A program made the translations under genes and the position numbers. This document shows, one piece after another, positions 51,340 through 64,000 of a stretch of DNA of 64,000 nt. Origin of the DNA: Macrostomum lignano (lineage: Eukaryota); the NCBI GenBank assembly GCA_002269645.1, contig NIVC01000868.1:299275-363274 (forward strand), read 5' to 3'. Position 1 is the first letter of the stretch. Every line of letters starts with the position of its first letter. A model generated the notes under the pieces. It was given only the letters and a program-made list of their open reading frames with translations, ran no database searches and was not told the origin of the DNA.

Positions 51340-54300
51340 TTGCTGGCCAACGAGTCCTCTGACTACAGCCCCAGTCACCCCACTGATGAAGTGGCGGAGG
51401 AGGCTGGGGAGCCGGGGAAGGCGTCCCAGTTGGCGCAGGAAGTGGCGGATCTCCAGCAGCAGCCCCAGCCCGATGGCGCATCGCCGCAGGCCGACCCGGC
51501 CATCGCTGCAAAACCAAGCGAGCAGAAGCCGGCCGACCCAGACGCTGTGGGAGCCGCGAACGCCAGCGACGGAGGCGGCGGCGGCGGGGGCGACAGTCGC
51601 AAACGGCGCCGTCACCGCAGCGGAAGTCGTCACCATCGTCGGTCCCGCTCGCGCTCCAGGGGCAGTCGCGGCGGCAGTCGGCGGCGCGATCGCCGAGATG
51701 CCGCCGACGCCGAAGGCGACTCCGACAGGCGCCGCCAACAACGGCGCAGGCGCTCGCGCGATCGGCGCCGCTCGTCTCGGGATGCTGCTGACGACAAGGA
51801 AAAATATGGCACCGCCACAGCCTCCAATGCGGATGGGAGGCCGACGCCTCCGCTGTAAACAACGGCGCCGACGCCGGCGCGCCTGATAGCGCCAAAGATC
51901 GGCGCCACCAGCATCGCCGGCGCTCCAGATCGCACTCGAAGCATCGCAGTAGCGGCCGGCGGCGCAACAGGTCGCCTCCGAGGTCGCGGAGTCCCGCCGT
52001 CCGCGAAGATCGATCCCGGGACAAGTCCAAGGACAGGTCTCGGGACCGGGACCAAATCAGAGATCGGGACAGAGACGGGGACCGGCACCGCCGCAGCCGC
52101 AGGCGGCATTCCCGCTCCAAGTCCCGCTCGGGACGCCGGCCAAGCAGCCGCAGGCGGACGATCGCGAGCGGACGCCGGTTCGGGACGAGCGGAGCGGCCG
52201 CCACAGACGGTGGTCGCCAGAAGCGTCCCGCGGCCGTGTCATCCACAACGGCCTCGAGCCGTCCGCTGAAATCGCTGCCCAGCTTCTCCGGGAGGCCGAC
52301 ATGGCGGCCCGAGGTCCGCCGCGGACTCAGCAGCAGCCGCCCCCGCCACCGTCTACTGCGCCGACTCCGGTGACTTCAGTGCCCCCCGGATTCAGCGGCG
52401 CTCTCGGGTTCGGGGTTCGGCCGCCGATGCTGCTGCAATCCGGGCCCGTTGCCGGCTTCCAGAACCCGCCGCCGCCCATGCCGCCGATGTCGCAGTCGGG
52501 GATGCCGCCCTCCCGGCCACCGCCTCCGCACTCGCAGTTCGGCGTTCCTAACTTTGCCGCATTTCGGCCCGGCCAGCCGCCGCCGCCGCTGCACCACCTG
52601 CCAGGCATGCCGTCCCGCTTCTCCACCCCGCCTCCTGGCATGCCGCACCACCAGCCCCCGCCGCCGCCCCCTCCGCCGCATTCGTCTCAGCAGCAGCAAC
52701 GGCCGCCGCCGCCGCCGCCGCCGCCGCCGCCCCCGCCGCCGCATTCGTCTCAGCAGCAGCAACGTCCTCCACCGCCGCCGCCGCCGTCGCAGTTCCCGTC
52801 GAGCCTGATGGACACGCTTGCCATGCAGGCCGGCATCCCTACGCCGACCACTTCCGCCGCGGCCTCCAGCGCCTCCGACAAGCAGCAGCAACAGCAGCCG
52901 GCGAGCCAGGACTCCTCCATCCAGCACATCCAGCAGCTGCTGTCCTCAACGGCTTCCAACATTCTCAGCAACATTCTCAAGAAGCAGCAGCCGCCACCGC
53001 CGCCGCCTCCCCCGCAGCAGCAGCCGTCCCCGCCGAAGCAGGCGATGCCCCAGCTGGAGGCCCCGCAGCCTCCGCCCCCAGCTGAGCCGGTTCGCTTCAA
53101 TCTGCCACCGATGCCCACGCCCGAGCAGATGCAGGCCAAGCGCAGCGGCCAACCCACAGGGCACGCGGCTGGCGGCAAACCCGGCGGCGGCTCCAAGGCG
53201 GCCCGGCAGCCTCGCGGCGGTGCCGCTGACCGCATGGCAGCGGCGGACCCGTCGGACCCGAAGCTGGCGGCGCTGCTAGCGAAGACGCGGCGCGACCAGT
53301 TCGCCAACAAGGCCGACTGGCAGGAGCGAATCGCCGCCGAGGTCAAGCTGACGCTGCGGCCGCTGTACACGGCCAGGCAGATTGACAAGAACGACTATAA
53401 GGAGATTCTTAAGAAGGCCGTCACAAAGGTGCGACTCTGAGTTTTCATTTCATTTGCCTGTTTCGGTTACTTTATGAATTCATTCCGAGATCAGTTACTG
53501 AAAGTAACAGCTGAGGCGGCGGAATTTTATTTAAACATTCCTCATTGCGAAAAATGTCGTCATTACGCTCGTAACCAAAGATAGCTTAATCGAACTTCAA
53601 CCAACTCTACGACCATCTCCTATGACTCTCCCACCCCGTAATTTACTCACTCATTCACTCATTCATTTAGTCACTCACTCACTCATATTCATTCACTCAC
53701 TTACTCAGCAGCAGCAACGGCTTCCGTCACTCACTTATTCACTCACTCACTCACTCACTCACTCACTTATTCACTTATTCACTTATTCACTCACTCACTC
53801 AATCACCACTCACTTATTCATTCACTCACTCACTCACCACTCACTCACTCATTCACTCACTCACTCACTCACTCACTCACTCACTCACTCACTCACTCAC
53901 TCACTCACTTATTCACTCACTCACTCACTCACTCATTTACTCACTCACTCATTCACTCACTCATTCACTCACTCACTCACTCACTCATTCACTCACTCAC
54001 TCACTCACTCACTCATTCACTCACTCACTCACTCAATCACCACTCACTTATTCACTCAATCACTCACTCATTCACTCACTCACTCACTCAAACTCACTCA
54101 CTCACTCACTCAATCACCACTCACTTATTCATTCACTCACTCACTCACCACTCACTCACTCATTCACTCACTCACTCACTCACTCACTCACTCACTCACT
54201 CACTCACTCACTCACTCACTTATTCACTCACTCACTCACTCACTCATTTACTCACTCACTCATTCACTCACTCATTCACTCACTCACTCACTCACTCATT

Positions 54301-54836
54301 CACTCACTCACTCACTCACTCACTCATTCACTCACTCACTCACTCAATCACCACTCACTTATTCACTCAATCACTCACTCATTCACTCACTCACTCACTC
54401 AAACTCACTCACTCACTCACTCAATCACCACTCACTTATTCACTCACTCACTCACTCACTCACTCACTCACTCACTTATTCACTCACTCACTCACTCACT
54501 CACTCACTCACTCACTCACTTATTCACTCACTCACTCACTCACTCACTCACTCACTCACTCACTCATTCCCTCCCTCACTCACTCACTCACTCACTCACT
54601 CATTCACTTATTCACTCACTCACTCACTCTCTCACTCACTCTCTCACTCACTCACTTATGCACTCACTCACCACTCACTCACAACTCACTGACTTATCTT
54701 GCAGATCTCGCGCAGCAACGCGCAGGACGTGCAGCCGGACAAGACCCGGGAGTTCGTGAGCACCTACGTGGACAAGCTGGCCAGGGCCAAGAAGCACGAG
54801 ATTCGGCGCAGCCAGGTGGTCTCCTCCAGCGACTGA
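51340..54836 (+). CDS. SR/RD-rich, proline-rich protein with C-terminal SRI-like (Set2-Rpb1 interacting) domain, SCAF1/SCAF11/PHRF1 family; 5' end unresolved; two apparent 1-nt deletions
   Basis: A large exon runs from about 51317/51340 to 53428 and the last exon is 54705-54836. WQERIAAEVKLTLRPLYTARQIDKNDYKEILKKAVTK|ISRS...VSTYVDK resembles the PHRF1/SCAF C-terminal domain. The RS-rich frame continues only across -1 shifts at about 51835-51837 and 52130-52132. No RING/PHD exons were found upstream. Confidence 0.72.
53640..54690. repeat. (ACTC)n-based satellite in the last intron of the SRI gene
   Basis: Direct reading. Confidence 0.95.
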
Positions 54837-55184
54837 GGCAGCCAGCATCGCCAGTGCTACAGACTAATTACTCGCTATTAGTTTGTTTTGTCAGGCTATA
54901 CACGTGTTCATAGTTGCTGTGTACATAGTTAAAAACTAACTGCATTGACCTTTTTTGTACCTGGGAGAATTACAATTTAGCACTGTATTTTTATGACCAT
55001 CCCCCGTGTACTCTGCAGTTGCGGATGCAGTTCGGCCATTCGCTGCAGTCGCGTCATGCGCGTCTGACTTATTTTTATAGCGTGTAATTCCTGCTGCGTT
55101 TACTTGCTGGCCTTTATATTAATATCTGCTCCTGCATTGCCCGACTTCATGGATTCGACCCCATCTCTCCCGTTGGCTCGCTTG

Positions 55185-55198
55185 GTTTCTATGGCAAC
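55185..55198. promoter_or_regulatory. RFX X-box consensus match (intergenic)
   Basis: GTTTCTATGGCAAC matches GTYNCY-AT-RGNAAC; target gene unclear. Confidence 0.25.
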
Positions 55199-56599
55199 TT
55201 GAGCTGAAACCTGCCACCGCGTCTGCATGCTTCACTGTTTTTAGCTCTGATTAATGTGTTTTTAGTCCGACTGAGCTGCAGCCTCACCGCAGTCATTCAG
55301 GCTGCAGAAGCCCAATGACCGAGTCCGTTTTCAACTGGATGTTGAACTGAATAAACTGCGCTCCCTAAACTGAGCGTCCCTCTTGTCCTCGGTGGGTTGC
55401 CGTTGCAGCCCGTCCGATTAATTGCTATTTTTGTCCCGCCATTCTCGCTACTTTTATTCAATCCAAGCGTAGAGTCACAGATACTAGAATAACTAGATGA
55501 GCCACTCAGGCACATATACTTAGTAAAACAGCTTGTTACTTTCAGCTCAGTAGCAAAGAAGAATACATAAGCTATTTTATAAAAATAAAGGCAGCTGAAA
55601 TGACTTTGATAAATTGTCCAAGCTTGCAGGCGTAAACAACTTGCTCTAATTGGTTCAGAAGTAATGTACATTAGCCAGTCCACTGAAATGTACATGTCCG
55701 CTTTAGCCTGGAATTCCGATAAGGGCAATAAAAATTGGGGTGCGCGGGGGGGGGTAGGGTAGAAAGGCGCGGTTGGAGGGGGTTTCAGCTGAGGGTAAGA
55801 GGCAATAAATGAGCCTTGGCTTGAAAAATACATAAAAATGCATCTGTTTAACTTGCTACTGAACCGAAAGTAGCTTACACGCAAATGTGCTGAGTGGCCT
55901 ATTTAGTAATTCTAGTATCTGTGCGTAGAGGTTATATAAGCGACAGTTTCTACTGGCAGTAGTCTGAATATAGTTGCATTGCGAGATTTAAAAAAAGTAC
56001 ATCAGATAACCAACTAATGGTTTGAGCAGGTACTTGGAGAAGGACCCGTCTCTTCTAGTAGGGGTTTCTAAACTAATTCTGCTGCTACTAAACTGGACCG
56101 CAACAGAGTTCGAGAATTTTATTGAGATCACGACACAGGTCATAGGAAAATTCCTGCTTAAATATTTGATTAAGAAATATAGGCTGATCAAGCAACCATA
56201 AACTGCATGTCTTGGTGAATTTAATAAGCAGCATTACATGCGAGACCTACGATTTGAAATTTCGAAAAAAGGATCAAGAATGTATCAAAACGTCTTAGGA
56301 ACACATTAATAATTTTATTTAATAAAAGACATTACAGATTAGCATTACGAAATGGCTGTCCCAGCACTCAGTGGGGATACTTGCGGCAAATTCGTTTATC
56401 CGTTGTGTTGCAAATCCGAGTATCGTCAAAGTAGTGCGTGGCGCTCTGCAGGAAGCTTTCCAGTTCCCGCTGCTCTGTGGGCAGCAAGCCTGCGGGATTC
56501 GGTTGTGGGCTGCATGGCAACTTGACGGCGTCGGAGCACTCATTGCTGGGTTGCAACAGTGAGAACCAATTTCTGTAACAGCTAGAAGCATGCCGTCTC

Positions 56600-57082
56600 C
56601 ATCACATGTCTCACTGACTGCTAGCCCTCTACTCCACCATTTCCATCACGTCTCACTGGCTGCTAGCCCTCAGCTCCACCATTTCCATCACGTCTCACTG
56701 GCTGCTAGCCCTCCACTCCATTTCCATCACGTCTCACTGGCTGCTAGCCCTCCACTCCATTTCCATCACGTCTCACTGACTGCTAGCCCTCTACTCCACC
56801 ATTTCCATCACGTCTCACTGGCTGCTAGCCCTCCACTCCACCATTTCCATCACGTCTCACTGGCTGCTAGCCCTCCACTCCACCATTTCCATCACGTCTC
56901 ACTGGCTGCTAGCCCTCCACTCCATTTCCAGCACGTCTCACTGGCTGCTAGCCCTCCACTCCATTTCCATCACGTCTCACTGGCTGCTAGGCCTCAGCTC
57001 CACCATCTCCATCACATGTCTCACTGGCTGCTAGCCCTCCACTCCATCATTTCCATCACGTCTCACTGGCTGCTAGCCCTCT
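56600..57082. repeat. 39-42-bp minisatellite downstream of the HAD gene
   Basis: Unit CATCACGTCTCACTGGCTGCTAGCCCTCCACTCCA(CCA)TTTC. Confidence 0.92.
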
Positions 57083-57118
57083 TCGCCATCTCCGCGAGCT
57101 CGCTCAGCTATCCAAGCC

Positions 57119-57973
57119 CTACTTTACCCGCAAGGCTGCCTGCAACTCACCAGTGTTGGCTCGCGAAGCCTCGGTGACGGGCTGCCGCAGGATGTTGATG
57201 AGGTCCTCGCCGTGCTGGTACTTCACCTGGGGCGGCACGATGGTCGCGTCCGCCTCTCCGGCGTGTTCTGCACCGGCGGCTGGGTCGGCGCGCTGCCGAG
57301 TCGTCCGGTTGCCCACGCGGCTGAGGATGAGGTCAGAGGTCGGCTTGAGGCAGTGCGAGGCGCAAAGGCCCCAGCTGGTCTGCACCAGGGCGATGCGGGC
57401 CTCCAGCAGGTGGAGGTACTGCAGGATGTTTCGCAACGCGGTGCGGCAGCAGATTCCGGTTTGCTGATAGTTGCACTGCTGACAGATTGACAGTTCCTTT
57501 TCACTGCAGGGGTGCATCGGAATCACCTCTAATGAGCTGTCGCAGCTGGAGCTCTTCCAGTTGGCCTCATTAGCGAAGATCACCGCGAAGTGGTCCAAAA
57601 GGCCGTAGTGCTCCAGAAAGGTGTGCAGAAAGGCCACATTGGTGTTGGAGATGATCACCTGGACCACGCGCTCGCGGTACATCTCCCGCACCGCGTCAAC
57701 CATGAGGCGGTGCAGCGGCAGCGACCGGATGAGGCTCTCCACGGCCCAGCGGCCGATGCGGTACTCCTGCAGCGTGGACATCACGTGAGTCATGTAGGTT
57801 GGGCCGCTCCAGCCGAGGTTCTTCTGCGAGGCGTTCAGCGCGTGTCGTCGTTCGGAGGGCAGCAGCCCCGCTACAGCGTCGTCGATGTTGCCCATCACGA
57901 TTGTGTCGTTGACGTCCCACACCACCAGACGGGGCGACCGCCAGGGGTCCTTGTTGAGGACGGCGTGCGCCAT
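57119..57973 (-). CDS. Intronless PHOSPHO1/PHOSPHO2-like HAD-fold protein, probably catalytically inactive (284 aa)
   Basis: ATG at 57973 in the 57119..58123 ORF. Colinear with PHOSPHO2: LVVWDVNDTIV (motif I), SLPL, IISNTN, IFANEA, HPC...CQQC, DLILSRVG and C-terminal HGEDLINIL. High GC3 codon usage. Confidence 0.75.
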   Translation of the reverse strand: MAHAVLNKDPWRSPRLVVWDVNDTIVMGNIDDAVAGLLPSERRHALNASQKNLGWSGPTYMTHVMSTLQEYRIGRWAVESLIRSLPLHRLMVDAVREMYRERVVQVIISNTNVAFLHTFLEHYGLLDHFAVIFANEANWKSSSCDSSLEVIPMHPCSEKELSICQQCNYQQTGICCRTALRNILQYLHLLEARIALVQTSWGLCASHCLKPTSDLILSRVGNRTTRQRADPAAGAEHAGEADATIVPPQVKYQHGEDLINILRQPVTEASRANTGELQAALRVK

Positions 57974-59254
57974 GGCTGCTGACTGGATTATTGAACAATT
58001 TTGCAATGCTTCGCTCGGTTGTAAACTATGAGCTGAGGTGAATTCGCTAAGCAATGGTGCTATATATTTGACTGGCTCTGGCCATAGACTACTAGGGGGT
58101 GCTTTGCCAGCTCGAATCTTCACAACGTCGAAGAGCGAACTATTTCACAAGGTCGAAATTTCGCAACATCGAGAACTCTTTAGTCATCAAGATTTTTTTT
58201 GCGAGAAAACAGAATGTCATGTATTTGTCCGACCTAAATTTTCGGAGCACGTGCTCCTATCACTAAGAATGTACTCAAAGTTTACTTGTAACCGCATGAT
58301 GAGCACTTGTGACTCTAAGAATATTCACTTGAGCAGCTGCTCATTTTTTCGCACATCGATCGCCTAAAGCTGAAGAAATTCTGCAGAAAATTTTGGCTCA
58401 AAAGTTTTTAATTACAATAAGGCTCTGGACTTAAATTAAGCACAATTGACATTGACTCAACGACTCAACGGCTTTGGCACTTAACGCACCGCTTCGCACA
58501 GTCAATACAGCCGTCTCAGTGCGAGTTCTCAGCTTTTGTGTAGCATCTTCTGCCCTCTTCTCTCTCATCTCATTCTCAGTGCCCCCGGTTGCCATAGTGG
58601 CCGTACAGACCCATCACTACTGAAAGCCTGCTATTTATAGAGGCCTGCACTCGCACCTGTACAGTGAGAGCACTGTGAGCACAAGGCGGCCATTTCATAC
58701 TCGGGCGGGCACTTTGCGCTCAACCCCAAGCTGCCTTTTGGGTGGATAAAATTGCAACGCAGCTCAGTCTGCCTCAAAGCCTACAACCAACTGTACAGTG
58801 AGCAAAGCTTTTTCTTTGCTGATTTGCTCCATTCGGAGATCGCAGCAGCAGTGCAATGGCCAGCTCCCGCAGCGGGGACAGCATCGATAGTCGTCGAAGC
58901 AGCGGCTCTCGTGACGTCGACCGGCGAATGTCCGAGGCTCGTCTGAAGATGCTGCAAGAGGTTCGCGGCGCTTTTAGACTCTGAATCAAACAGATATTTG
59001 TACGGACTGGCAGTGGGAGACAGCGGGAGAAGTAACACAATACTCTGTCATTGCGACTTAACACGGGAACTGCCATCACAGGGGTGCCTCAGCGCTAGGG
59101 CGCACCGCTGACCGAATCCGGAGCCCTGCATGGCCAGTAGGCAGTCGAAAAAGTGTTAATAAGTCGTTTCTGTTCTTGCTACTGGCTGGGGGGGGCTGCA
59201 GGGTCAGCAGCAGCGCCTCGTGCACTTTGAAACAAAACAACTGAATAATTTGAG

Positions 59255-62200
59255 ATGGCGTCCATTCTTTCACTTAAAAGTTGTATTCGCTTCTTCCAGA
59301 AGCTGGCCTCGGAGAAGCAGAAGGCCGCCAGAAATAAGTACCGCGAGGTGGCAGGCCGAGACCCGGACGGCGGCCAAATCGGCGACCTGGATGCCGAGAT
59401 CCAGCTGGCCAGACTGCGCCACACCGACCTGCGCAACCAGATGGAGAGGGAGCGGCAGCTGGCCGAGAAGCTGGCCGACAGGCCGAGAAATTCGAGCGTC
59501 GGGCATGCGACCCGGCGATCGCAGAGTCCGCGGGAGCGTCGCGGCGGTGAGCCTGTCGGGTGTCAAAATTTCAATTTTTCAAGATGCTGCAACGGTCTTC
59601 ATCAATTTACATCTCAACTGTACAGATTTGCTTATCAATTATGCGTTTCTATTCTGCATGCAATTATTGATTAGCTGTGCAGGCGTCAAGCTTTCCCCTG
59701 TTTCACCTGTGCCTCTGCCTTCTTTAAATCGTGTCCGAGCGCAGGCAAAGAGCTGTCAGGAATTTGCCACGCTGACCTCTCGATTACCATTTTATATTGT
59801 CCGCCATCGCCTCCGCCACCGCAGATCGCTTCTCGGAGATGATGGAGATGATGATGATGCAGAACTCGCAAGTGCACAATATGATACTCAACCAGATGCT
59901 GATGAAGCAGACGCTGGGAGATTCTCCCTCCTACAGAGCAGCTCCGAGCCCGCCGCAGCCGGCGCAGCCGATGCCGATCTACATCCCCATGCCGATGTTC
60001 CCGCCGTACCCGCCGCCGCAGCAGCAGCCGCAGCAGATGTGAGTCTAAACTGGTTTTAAGTTTATAATTTTATAATCTACACTGATTTGCTGCCTCTTTG
60101 CAGAGTTGAGTACCGGTCTAAGCCTGGAACTCCAGCGGCAGCTGCTAAGGCAGAAGAGGGTAGGTGCAAACTGCTCCTAGTTTGTCAGTAGCCACAGCAA
60201 TCTGGTTTTCTGATGCTGGTTAAAACGTGCGAGCATTTCCGCTCCGTCGCTCCCATTTCAGCCAAAGCGGTGAAAAAGAGCAGCGGGCCGTACCCGTTTC
60301 CAGGAAATGGTAGGTTTTTGTTAAGCTAGCGAATTGGCATACTTGCACAGCAGTGTCTCACCGCCGTCTCCATCACTCTCAACCCTACAGACAACCAGCA
60401 GAAGCTGAGGTGGCTCGCCTACGCAGCATTCTTCGTTGCAACACTCGACAGGTGGACGAGAGAGGTGAGCAAATGCGATCAAACTGATGATGGATTGTGA
60501 AATTTGAACTGATCCTACAGGTTGGAGGCTAAAAGTGCAGCTTCTACGACAGTCTTTTGCTTATTTCTCCGTCCTCTCCTCCGCAGAACAAATTTCGGCC
60601 GACGAACGATTTTCTGTTCGACCTGAAGCTGAAGGAAATCCTGGAGACGCTGCACAGAATCTACAAGGCTCCAGATGGCCAGTTGTACAACATCACCATC
60701 TCCACCGTCATGGGCGCCGAGGCTGCTGAGCTCACCGAGCTGCTCAACTCGCCAAAGACGCTCAGCATCGAGGACGAGCGCTCGCTCACCACGGAGCTGT
60801 CCTACTGCATCGAGAATACGGTCTTCCAGATCACAGACATAATGGTACGGTTCTACCCCTGCACTTGAATTCCTCGCTCCCCGAGGCCTCTCTTTCTGGC
60901 TACGTAAAAGGATAGATAAATTTCTTCGAAGGGCTAGACAGGGAGTCGCAGGCGTGGGCACTTAAGCAACTTTAAAACACAGAAGCCACTGTGCTCGCAT
61001 CCCCATGTGCTCAGACTCTATGCCCATTCTCACCCTGTTGTATCCCGAGACGGATCAACCGGCTTCCCACTGCCTGGCAACCCAACAGTCTCACTGTCAG
61101 ATGGAGTTGACAGTCAGCAACCGCGGAGGCCCTGGCGACAGAATTCTTAATTTAGACCCAAAGAAACTCAAGGACAAAGACGCACTTGCGCGGTCCTTAC
61201 AGCTTTGCGCTGCTTCGGTGCTAACCGACCAGTCGATAGTGTTCAACTTGAGTCGATCTATTTCGTACAGTTAGTTTGAATTATTAAATATCGATCCATG
61301 TTCAAGTGACTGGTGCCTCCTAACCAGACATGATCGGGCAGGGATGCGCAGCAAGAGCCGGGGCAGGGACGCAGACATGACCCGGGGCAGGAACGCAGAC
61401 ATGCAGCCGCGGCAGGGAACGCAGACAAGAGCCGGGCAGGGAACGCAGACATGATCCGGGCAGGGAACGCAGACAGGCCTGGGCAGGGAACGCAGACATG
61501 ATCCTGGGCAGCGAATGCAGACATGATCCGGGCAGGGAACGCAGACATGATCCGGGGCAGGGAACGCAGACATGATCCGGGGCAGGGAACGCAGACATGA
61601 TCCGGGCAGGGAACGCAGACATGATCCGGGGCAGGGAACGCAGACATGATCCTGGGCCAGCGAATGCAGACATGATCCGGGAAGGTGCAGAGCTTCAACG
61701 CAAACAGGGGGCTGGTAGGTAAGTACGCATACAGAAGGGCATACAGAACTTAAATATTTTAGAACTTATGGAGAAAAGGCGCTTTTCTCAAATCGTTAAT
61801 ATTTATGATTAATTTACAGCAATCCTGTCAACTTTCCTTTTTATAAGTTTTATTGGCCTTAGCTTGTACGCACACTTCACACTAATATTGAGTGCCGCAT
61901 TCATTCTGAAAGCAAACATTGAACTCGCCGCAATATTTGTATTTCTGTAATAAATACGTAATGTATACACATCCGCAGCCATCCAGCGGTTATTCTTGGC
62001 ACCACCGGAAGTCCGCATCTTCGAGATGATGCGCACGGGCAATCTGTATCCAAGGGGGTACTTCTACGACATGGAAAGGGTAAGTCTTGATATCGAGGGT
62101 AGCTTGCATAGCAGAAGTGGGAATTCACGCACCTGCTGTTTCACAACACGCTCAATGCCCTCCACAGAAAATGCTCGACTTCGACGAAGATGGCCGGACG

Positions 62201-62980
62201 TCCAAAATTTCAGACGCTGACGGCCAGATGCTCATCATCGGCATGTTCCTCACGCGGGCTCTCGTGGAGACTGTGAGCACACCGCTTTCTCTGATCAGAG
62301 CTTATTAGCTAATAAGTTTGACGCAGGCTACATAATGTTATTCAGTAGTGTGTGTGATCAGCAAGTCAAGGTGCTTAACCCCTGGCCACCCACTCCCGCA
62401 GCTGTACCTGAAGACGGAGCACTACGGCATGGTGGATGAAACCTCACCAAAGGCGGAGCGAAACACCGCCTGGTCGCCAGCATCCTCATGTACATCTACC
62501 GGCGGCTGGTCGGCCAGCTCAGCACCATTGACCGGGGCGGCAACATGAGCAAAGCTCCACTGCCCGTGAGTCCACCCCACTCCCACCTGACTTAATTCAT
62601 GCGTTTTGTCCTTATCTGGCAGATGCTTTCGCAATTAGGCTCCACTAACGCTTGTGATTCGAGCTGCTTGAAGTTTCCTTTCTCGAGACGTTTTTCGGTG
62701 ATAACCTCGTAATTACCTCGATACTAATTACCTCCGACAAGCACCATGCGAACGATTTTGCTCTCATAAATTATACGAAAAAATCACTTTTTGCCCAGGA
62801 ACTGCCACCGAGATGCGAGAGGTGCTCTATTCCGATGCGGAGATAAAGCCTGTGCTCAAGCTCATTAAAAAGAGCCTGGACTACGCTGAGCAGCTGCTGA
62901 TGCAGTGGTCGCAAGAGCTACATGAGCCGACTCAGAGAGGCAGCCTTCTAGTGCATGTAGTGCTGACGATAGACATCTAA
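59255..62980 (+). CDS. DUF4587/C21orf58-like multi-exon gene; ends uncertain; apparent 1-nt deletions in 3' exons
   Basis: Proposed exons: about 59255/59300-59546, 59825-60038, 60104-60159, 60262-60309, 60391-60464, 60587-60844, 61691-61718 (weak acceptor), 61979-62079, 62168-62272, 62402-62565 and 62799-about 62980. EMMEMMMMQNSQVHNMILNQMLMK resembles the C21orf58 motif [23 protein letters not shown] (recalled, not searched). Confidence 0.6.
61325..61681. repeat. 25-26-bp minisatellite in an intron of the DUF4587-like gene
   Basis: Unit GGGCAGGGAACGCAGACATGATCCG. Confidence 0.9.
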
Positions 62981-64000
62981 AACAGATGCATCGAATAATG
63001 CGTAATTCGATTCTGCTCACTCAAAGACTGTTAATTCGTAATACTTGTATTGCTGCTTAAGAAAATATTCGACAAGCCTGTTTGAGATATTAGAATAAAT
63101 AAATGACAATAGTCTCACCGTACTAGCGTAACTGATCGCCATACTGCCGTCAATTCAGCTGCCATAGGCCATCGTTTGTTCGTAAAAAAGTAAGTTCGAG
63201 TACAAGCACATAACAGTTATATGTAATAATTACATGATAGTTAATGTGTATCGTTTTCTCTGATACGTTTCCTCTGCATGTGTACCACGGACAAGTTAAG
63301 TTAAGCTCCGTTAATTGTTCCTGATGCATATGAACATGTATTGTGCATAGAGGCAGGGCGTCTGGTCTTATAACGTTTTATAAGGACCTGCCCGTTCGCC
63401 TTTCGCGGGACTTAAGGACCTTCAGTAAACTGCATGCGCTTGTTCCGTGCATGAGGTCTTGTAGTCTGTTTCCTCTCTAGAGCATTCTTTATAACTACAT
63501 TGTACACGTCAGTTGCTCTCTCCGGCCGCCATGCTCCACAATGACGAGACATTAGGACGAATTTAATCTGTATATACGTACGAGTATACTTGCATGCAGT
63601 TAGAGTTATATTATACGTGTCTTACATGTACTTCTTTGGTATTTAATTAAATGTACATGAAACATGCAGAAGTTTATAAACTTTAAACTGTAAGGTCTTA
63701 AATACAGTACACATGCAGTTACTTAAGTTTTCCATAGCCTGAGAGGTGTGAGAGATCTGAAACCTCTGACGCCTTTAACAATTGTGAACCTTTAGGCTTT
63801 TCACGAAGATCGGTTCCAGAACCAGAATAGTTCCGATTCCAGAATCAGAATTGGTAGGAAAAATGAAAAGCGTCAAAATTTTCTATTCAATTTCCTATAT
63901 ACTAAAAATGAAAGATAAAACAATTTTATCTAAAATCGCGAAATTTATTTCAAATTTGTTTTTTTGTTTCATAGAATATGCGACAACGGCCATCGAGAAA

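Noticed and set aside
53622-54692. 356 aa THSL ORF
   Set aside because: (ACTC)n intron between splice-supported exons.
55297-56591. Short ORFs with a faint Gypsy gag-like stretch (LESFLQSATHYF)
   Set aside because: Too short and unsupported by other retroelement features; needs an HMM search.
61005-61274. 89 aa ORF as an extra exon of the DUF4587-like gene
   Set aside because: No convincing donor in a compatible phase; left unassigned.

Overview
Eukaryotic (metazoan) genomic DNA with GT-AG spliced genes, GC-rich exons and a different minisatellite in almost every intron of the GC-rich gene bodies. This architecture resembles the flatworm Macrostomum (inference, not verified). Eight genes were reconstructed by hand from splice sites and exon phases: FoxJ2/3 (+), a TRPC channel (+), a GLUT/SLC2A sugar transporter (+), alpha-tubulin N-acetyltransferase ATAT1/mec-17 (-), a highly divergent alpha-tubulin (+), an SR-rich SRI-domain protein of the SCAF1/SCAF11/PHRF1 type (+), an intronless PHOSPHO1/2-like HAD protein lacking catalytic motifs (-), and a DUF4587/C21orf58-like gene (+). 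Mobile DNA comprises a tRNA-derived CORE-SINE with a (CTAAA)n tail, a 185-bp hAT-type MITE with a perfect 8-bp TSD, a decayed Merlin/ISXO2 transposase and a foldback element. The main finding is that the divergent alpha-tubulin gene lies antisense inside intron 6 of ATAT1, the enzyme that acetylates alpha-tubulin K40. This tubulin keeps the K40-equivalent lysine in a remodelled loop, has E254D and D251T in its GTPase-activating region, and has a long repetitive tail. Second, several minisatellites are built from the splice donor, splice acceptor or stop codon itself, giving about 20 decoy acceptors in TRPC. Five apparent single-base deletions in homopolymers are most likely assembly errors. 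Most long ORFs in the supplied track are repeat or antisense artefacts.
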